24,177 nucleotides of DNA. Origin: a virus. Its lineage: Duplodnaviria; Caudoviricetes. Under the pieces are notes generated by a model, which had not been told where the DNA came from, made no database searches, and saw only the letters and a list, made by a program, of their open reading frames with translations. The translations under genes were made by a program, and so were the position numbers. Location: IMG/VR virus record IMGVR_UViG_3300017912_002765, positions 1 through 24,177 of that record, one strand, 5' to 3'. Positions within the stretch are counted from its first letter, which is position 1. The number at the start of each line of letters is the position of its first letter. Positions 11,801-17,800 of this stretch are shown here, one piece after another.

Positions 11801-14800
11801 AGATCACAACCTGAGGACCCAGAAAACAGTAGTTACACCTTTAAATCAATCAGAGGGTATCATAATACCAGTCAAACAGGTATTGGCACTACTTCTGTTG
11901 GTAAAGTAAAACTAACAACAAAATCGGAAAAAATTGAGGCAGGAATTTCTACTAGTTTCTTGGCAATTCAGAATCAAAATACTAACGGATTGATGATTGA
12001 AGCATTTGTTAGGGATTTGATTACTAATGATATTAATTTTGTTGAACTTGCAATTGATCATGATGGAACTGATGCATATCTAGCAGAATATTTTATTGAT
12101 TCTGTAGCATTGATAAGTGGAACATCAGGAATTCCAATTGGATCATTTGGAGCTAATATTAATAATGGATATTTAAATGTTTCCTATGAGAATAACTCAA
12201 ATAATCCTGTCGAATTAAAATCTAAGACCTACAATTTTGAACCAACACAAAGTGCAGGAATTACTACTTATAGATTTAAACCAAATTCTCAACCAGATGG
12301 TTCTGAGAGAACAGCACGCTATGAAACAAGACATAAAGTAGTTGCTATTGCAACTGATGCCACTAATCCATCAGAAGAGATTGTTTCTATTGATATAAAT
12401 TTAGATTCTGCATTCAAATCCATTCTGAAAATTAATCATAATAATCAAACTTCTATTCATCAAGTTCTTGTTGGATATGATGGAACTGATACTTATGCTC
12501 TTCCAAAATATTATGTTTCAATAGGAAATACAACTGGATTAGGTACATTTAGTGCGACAACAGATTCTCAGAATATTATTCTCAAGTTCCATCCAGAACC
12601 TGGTGATTCTGGTAGATATGATGTTACATCTTACAGTGAAATTCTTTATAGAGAGTTAGATAGAGAAACTGAAAAGGTTGATTTGGAATATGGGACAATA
12701 GAAGAGGAAGTTTTAGTAGCAAAATATAATTCTATAAATGGATTGGGTAATGATCAATTGGAATTTGATTTAAAGTATAATGAAACTCCAATTTTTGCAA
12801 AATCTATAGCACCAAGTTCTGATAACATTAATCAATCTACTGGATTAATAACAATTAAAGATCACTTCTTCTCTCCTGGCGAAGAGTTATTATATACTCC
12901 AGGATCAACTTATGCGGGAGTTAGTTCTAGTCCAATTGGAATTGGGACAACACAAGTTGGAGGTACGATATTTACTGGTTCAGTTATAACTGGAGTGTCT
13001 ACAATATCTGCAACAACATTTACGGATGCAACTGATAAAAATTTAATAGAAGTTGGGCAAACCTTAGAAGGTGAAGGAATTACTTCTGGTAGTACAATTG
13101 TTTCTATTGGCCAAACATTCCAATATTTTGTTGCAAATTCAACTGGTAATACTACAGCTACTGGAATTGCTGTTACTAGTATATTTGCTACTGGTGCTAA
13201 TGTATTCGGAAGTAATGGAATATCTGTTGGATCTATTGTTAGCATTGGTGTAGATTCGATTACGCTAGATGCAAATTTCCCTTCAGGAACTGCAACATAT
13301 TACACAGATAATCTTGGATTTGGCATTTCTATGTCAAATGCAGGAACAGCAACGACAATTACTGGTTCATATTCTTGTGGATTAACCACAGATAAAATGC
13401 CATCTAGAGTTTATTGTATTAGATTTAACGCTGATACCTTTAAATTAACTGGTGTAAAGAATAGCGGAATAGGATTTACATTTACGGATTATGGTCAAGG
13501 AAATGATCATATGTTTGAAATGAAGAAGAAAAATGAAAAATCACTCATTGCAGTTGATAATATTACACAGTATCCAATTCTTTATACAGAAATAAATTAT
13601 GAACTTGGCATACCAGTTAATGATACTGGAGAATTCGTCACTTTAACTGGAATCTCTTCTATAAATCCAAGAGATATTGTGAAAGTTGATGATGAATATA
13701 TGAAAGTTGTAAATGTTGGTTTGGCAACACAAGCATCTGGTCCAATTACAGGTATTGGAAACTTTAATCTAATTGAAGTTAATAGAGGTGTTGTTGGATC
13801 TGCTGCAACATCTCATGCTGCTTCATCTGAGGCAAGAGTATATCATGGTTCTTATAATATTGTTGGTGATAAGATTTTCTTCTTAGAAGCACCTAAAGGT
13901 GTAGGAGATAATGATAAAAGAGATAGTAGAAATCTTCCATTGACAAAATCCACATTTAGTGGAAGAGTATTTCTTAGAAATGATTACTCTAAGAATTTAA
14001 TCTATGATGATATATCTCCTAAATTTACTGGTATTGGTCAAACATTTGACATTACATATGAAGGTCAGGAAGTAGATTATATTGAACCTGGAAGTGGAAT
14101 ATTATTCATTAATGAAATATTCCAAACACCAACTACTGAAAATAATGATGGAAATAATTATGAATTAGAATCTACAAATTCTACAAGTGATATTACATTT
14201 ACGGGAATAAAGAGTCCTTTATCTAATGAATTAATTGTTAGTGATTATGATGTCAATCAAAATGCTTTACCTAGAGGTGGAGTAATTATATCATTGGGAT
14301 CTACTTCTGGATTAGGTTATGCACCTCTAATTGGATCTAAGGTAGCATTTGATATTAATGGAAGTGGAACTATTGTTGGCGTTAAAGACTCTCCATCTAT
14401 TGGAGAATCTCTTGGCATTGTTACTGCTCAATATGATAATGTAACTGGTATTCTTACAGTAACCACTCAACAAAATCATTATTTTAATGGTTTAGGTGAT
14501 TATGTTTATCTTGATAATTTAGAATTCTCCTGTGCAGCAGAACATGTTGGTGTTACTACCACGATCTTCCCTGACGGAACTTTAGGAAATACTTTCCCAA
14601 TTGTTTCTGTTGATAGCACAACATCTTTTACTGCAAATATTGGAATCTGCACTATCCCACACATATATGAAGGTGGAGGACAGGCATTCCCTTATTACCC
14701 AGATTTAACACCAGGATCTGGATATTATGGTGAAGTATCTATTGGAATTACATTTGCTTCTCATACAGGAAATAATGCTAATATAACTGCAACTGTCGGT

Positions 14801-17800
14801 GCTGGAGGTTCTCTATCATACAACATTATTGATGGTGGTAGTGGTTACTCTAACCCATTCTCTGAGGTTCAACCACCTTCTTATGGAGCATTAGAAGTAG
14901 TTGGAATATCAAGACTTGGAAGTGGCATAACAACGGAAACTGGTAGTGGTTTACTCTTAGATCTTAATGTTGAACCATCTGAAAGAAGAATGCCAGACAG
15001 ATTCTCTGACGCAGCAGATCTAATTCTTAGAAATAAATTATTCATTGCCGATGTTGCCGTTGGCAAAATGCTTGCACAGTATCCAACATTCTCTATTCCA
15101 ACTGGAGATCAAAGTTGTAAAGATGATATTGTTGATGTTATTGAATCTATTGCATTTAACTTAGAATTTGGTGGAAATGGAAATGTCCATGATAGTGCAA
15201 GTCTTTATATAACTGGAGGACACGTTGCTGCTGAAGAAGTACAATCCATCACTGCATTTGATGAAGCAAAGGCAGCAATGATTAAAGTGATGAGAAATGA
15301 AGTAGTAGATACTATAGCACCTCTTGGTGGATCTTTTGCCGAAACAGCATCTCTTATTGAAGCGAATAGAACACTCTTAATTGATGAATCTATTGATAGA
15401 ATGTTGCTTGCAAATCCAACATTCTTCTTCCCAACAGGACCTGCCGCATGTAGAGCAGATGTCGATCTTATAATTGATGCAATAATTACAAATTTAAGTG
15501 GTGGTGGAAATAACGCAGTATATGATCTTGCATTAACGTTTGCCAACGACGCAATTGATGCATATCTTGTTGGTGCTGGTCAAGCAGGACTTTCTGATGA
15601 AATTGTTCAAAATCTTGAAGATTTATTGAGAGATATCGCTCAAAACGTTACTTTTAATATTACTGGTTTCTCAACAGAAACTCAAGTTACAAATCCATCA
15701 ATGACAGTTGATGCTGCAGTTGATACTGCTATTCAAGATTTAATTACAATATTCAGAACAGCAATCAATGCCAATACTGTTTCTGTATCTAGAACCTCAG
15801 GATCTTCTCTTACTGACAGAGTTCAATATTTTGACAATACCATTACAATAGATCCTGCTGGAACTCCTTATTGTGCAAATGTAGCGTCTGCAATTGATTC
15901 ATTTGTAGGTATTGTTACAGTTGCTATTGGTAGTAGCACACTGCCAAACAGGACACCGAGTTTTCTGGAGCAGTTTGAAGTTAAAGACTTTAAGATTGCA
16001 AGAAATGGATACAACTTCAGGAGAGGAGATAAATTCACTGCTGTTGGTTTAGTTACTGCTGCTGGTTTATCAGCACCAGCAGAAACTTTTGAACTTGAAG
16101 TTCTTGGAACGTTCCAAGATTCTGCGGCATTATGGCAGTTTGGTGAACTTGATTTCATTGATAGTATCAAACCATATCAAACCGAACCAAAAACTAGATT
16201 CCCTCTCTATAGAAATAGTGAATTAATTAGTTTTGAAACTGATAAGAGTGACCCAGATTCAGTTCTTATCGATTTGGAAGCATTACTCTTGGTTTTTGTT
16301 AATGGTATATTACAAGAACCAAATAAAGCATATAATTTCTTTGGTGGAACATCCATTATATTTACTGAACCAGTAAGACCTGAGGATGAGGTTGATATTT
16401 TCTTCTACAGAGGAACTAGAGGAAAAGATAGTTTCTTAGAAGATGTAAGTCCAGATATAAAAATTGGCGATTTTATAAGAATCAATAAAAATAATGAATA
16501 TCCAACTTCTAAAACACAAGAAGAAAGAATTATTTTTGATATTTTAGAATCAGACCTTATTGAAACTAACGTTTATAGTGGAACTGGAATCAATACGGCA
16601 ACACCAAGACCAATAACTCTGCTTCCACAAAAAAGAGATAGAATCATTAACAGTGTTGTCGTTTCCAAAAAGAGAGAGTTATTATCATCTCAAATATATC
16701 CAATATCTAGAGTTATAAAATCAATTACTCAATCAGATACTGAAATATTTGTCGATGATGCACAACAATTCTTCTATGAGGAAGGAGCACCTATTTCACA
16801 ATCCATATCTTCTGTAGATGGTCTTTTAGTTGATGATGTTGAAGTATCACAAGCATCAATAACACCTTCAGTGTTATTAGGTGGTATTATAAACGTTTCT
16901 ATTACCAATGGTGGTTCTGGATACGAAACTTCTCCTACCGTTGGATTTACTGGCGGATTAAGAGCACAAGGAACGGCAGTTCTATCATCTTCGGGATTGC
17001 TAAAGAGATTTGTAATTGATAATCCTGGATCAAATTACACCTACCCTCCAATAGTAACATTTGGTGGTGGTCTTGCAAGTCAATCGGCAACAGCATCAAT
17101 TGGTGCTGGTGGAACTGTAACTGGTATTACTTTAGATGGAATTACATTAGACACTTCCGATAATTCAAATATTTACGAACTTGGAAATGGAACCTCCATT
17201 GTTTCTAATGGTTCTGGATCTGGAACTACAGGTGGATTTAATATTGGTTCATCACATCTAAGATTTGGTGGATCTTCTGGGACAAGATTTGTTACCTTTA
17301 ATCCAATTGATTCTAGATCTGTCGATACAGTTCGTGTTTATGCTATTAGAGGTAATGACACAAATGGTGGTGAAACACCTGATATTGAAGGTATTGAAGA
17401 TCTTAGAATTCAATATCAAATTACAGATCAGGGGGTTGCTGTTGATAATGGAAACTGGATTGATATGGGTATTGTTATTAGTGCTGTTGATCAAGGATCT
17501 GGTTCTGGAGCTTTAGAAAATTATGATTTTTCTTTAACTTCCGAGCAAAAATCTAGTCATGTTTATTTTAGATTATTCCAAGAGGATAATAGTGGATCTG
17601 ATTATGATCATTATGGAATTCTAAGTATTACCTTCCTTTCCAGTGCAAATGCAGAAATACCAGAATCTACAATTACACTCACAAAAAATCTATTAGAACC
17701 AAATCCAGCAGGAATTGTGGATGCAACAGCATCTATAATTCTTGGTAGAAAAATTGATTCTGTAACTATGACAGATTTTGGTGAGGGGTATGCAGTAGGA

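Larger units (their letters stand above)
4676..13520 (+). repeat. Dispersed ~70-90 aa beta-rich protein repeat in gp7 (I..xH.f..G..v.Y...gL....Yyv.....f.L...g.H), at least 6 copies
   Basis: Copies start near 4676 (LPFITGDEVVY), 5369 (ITFATDHNLTDGQEIIY), 5744 (VKFTNHGFEDGELIKY), 8978 (IFIPNHPFEDNQRV), 9473 (ITLQDHKYSTGDKLFY) and 12848 (ITIKDHFFSPGEELLY). Confidence 0.75.

Noticed and set aside
16019-16033. RGD tripeptides in gp7 (RRGDK here, KRGDE near 4305) alongside an integrin-like propeller
   Set aside because: Both sit in the generic y..GD.v turn of the repeat modules, and two hits are plausible by chance in 5240 aa.
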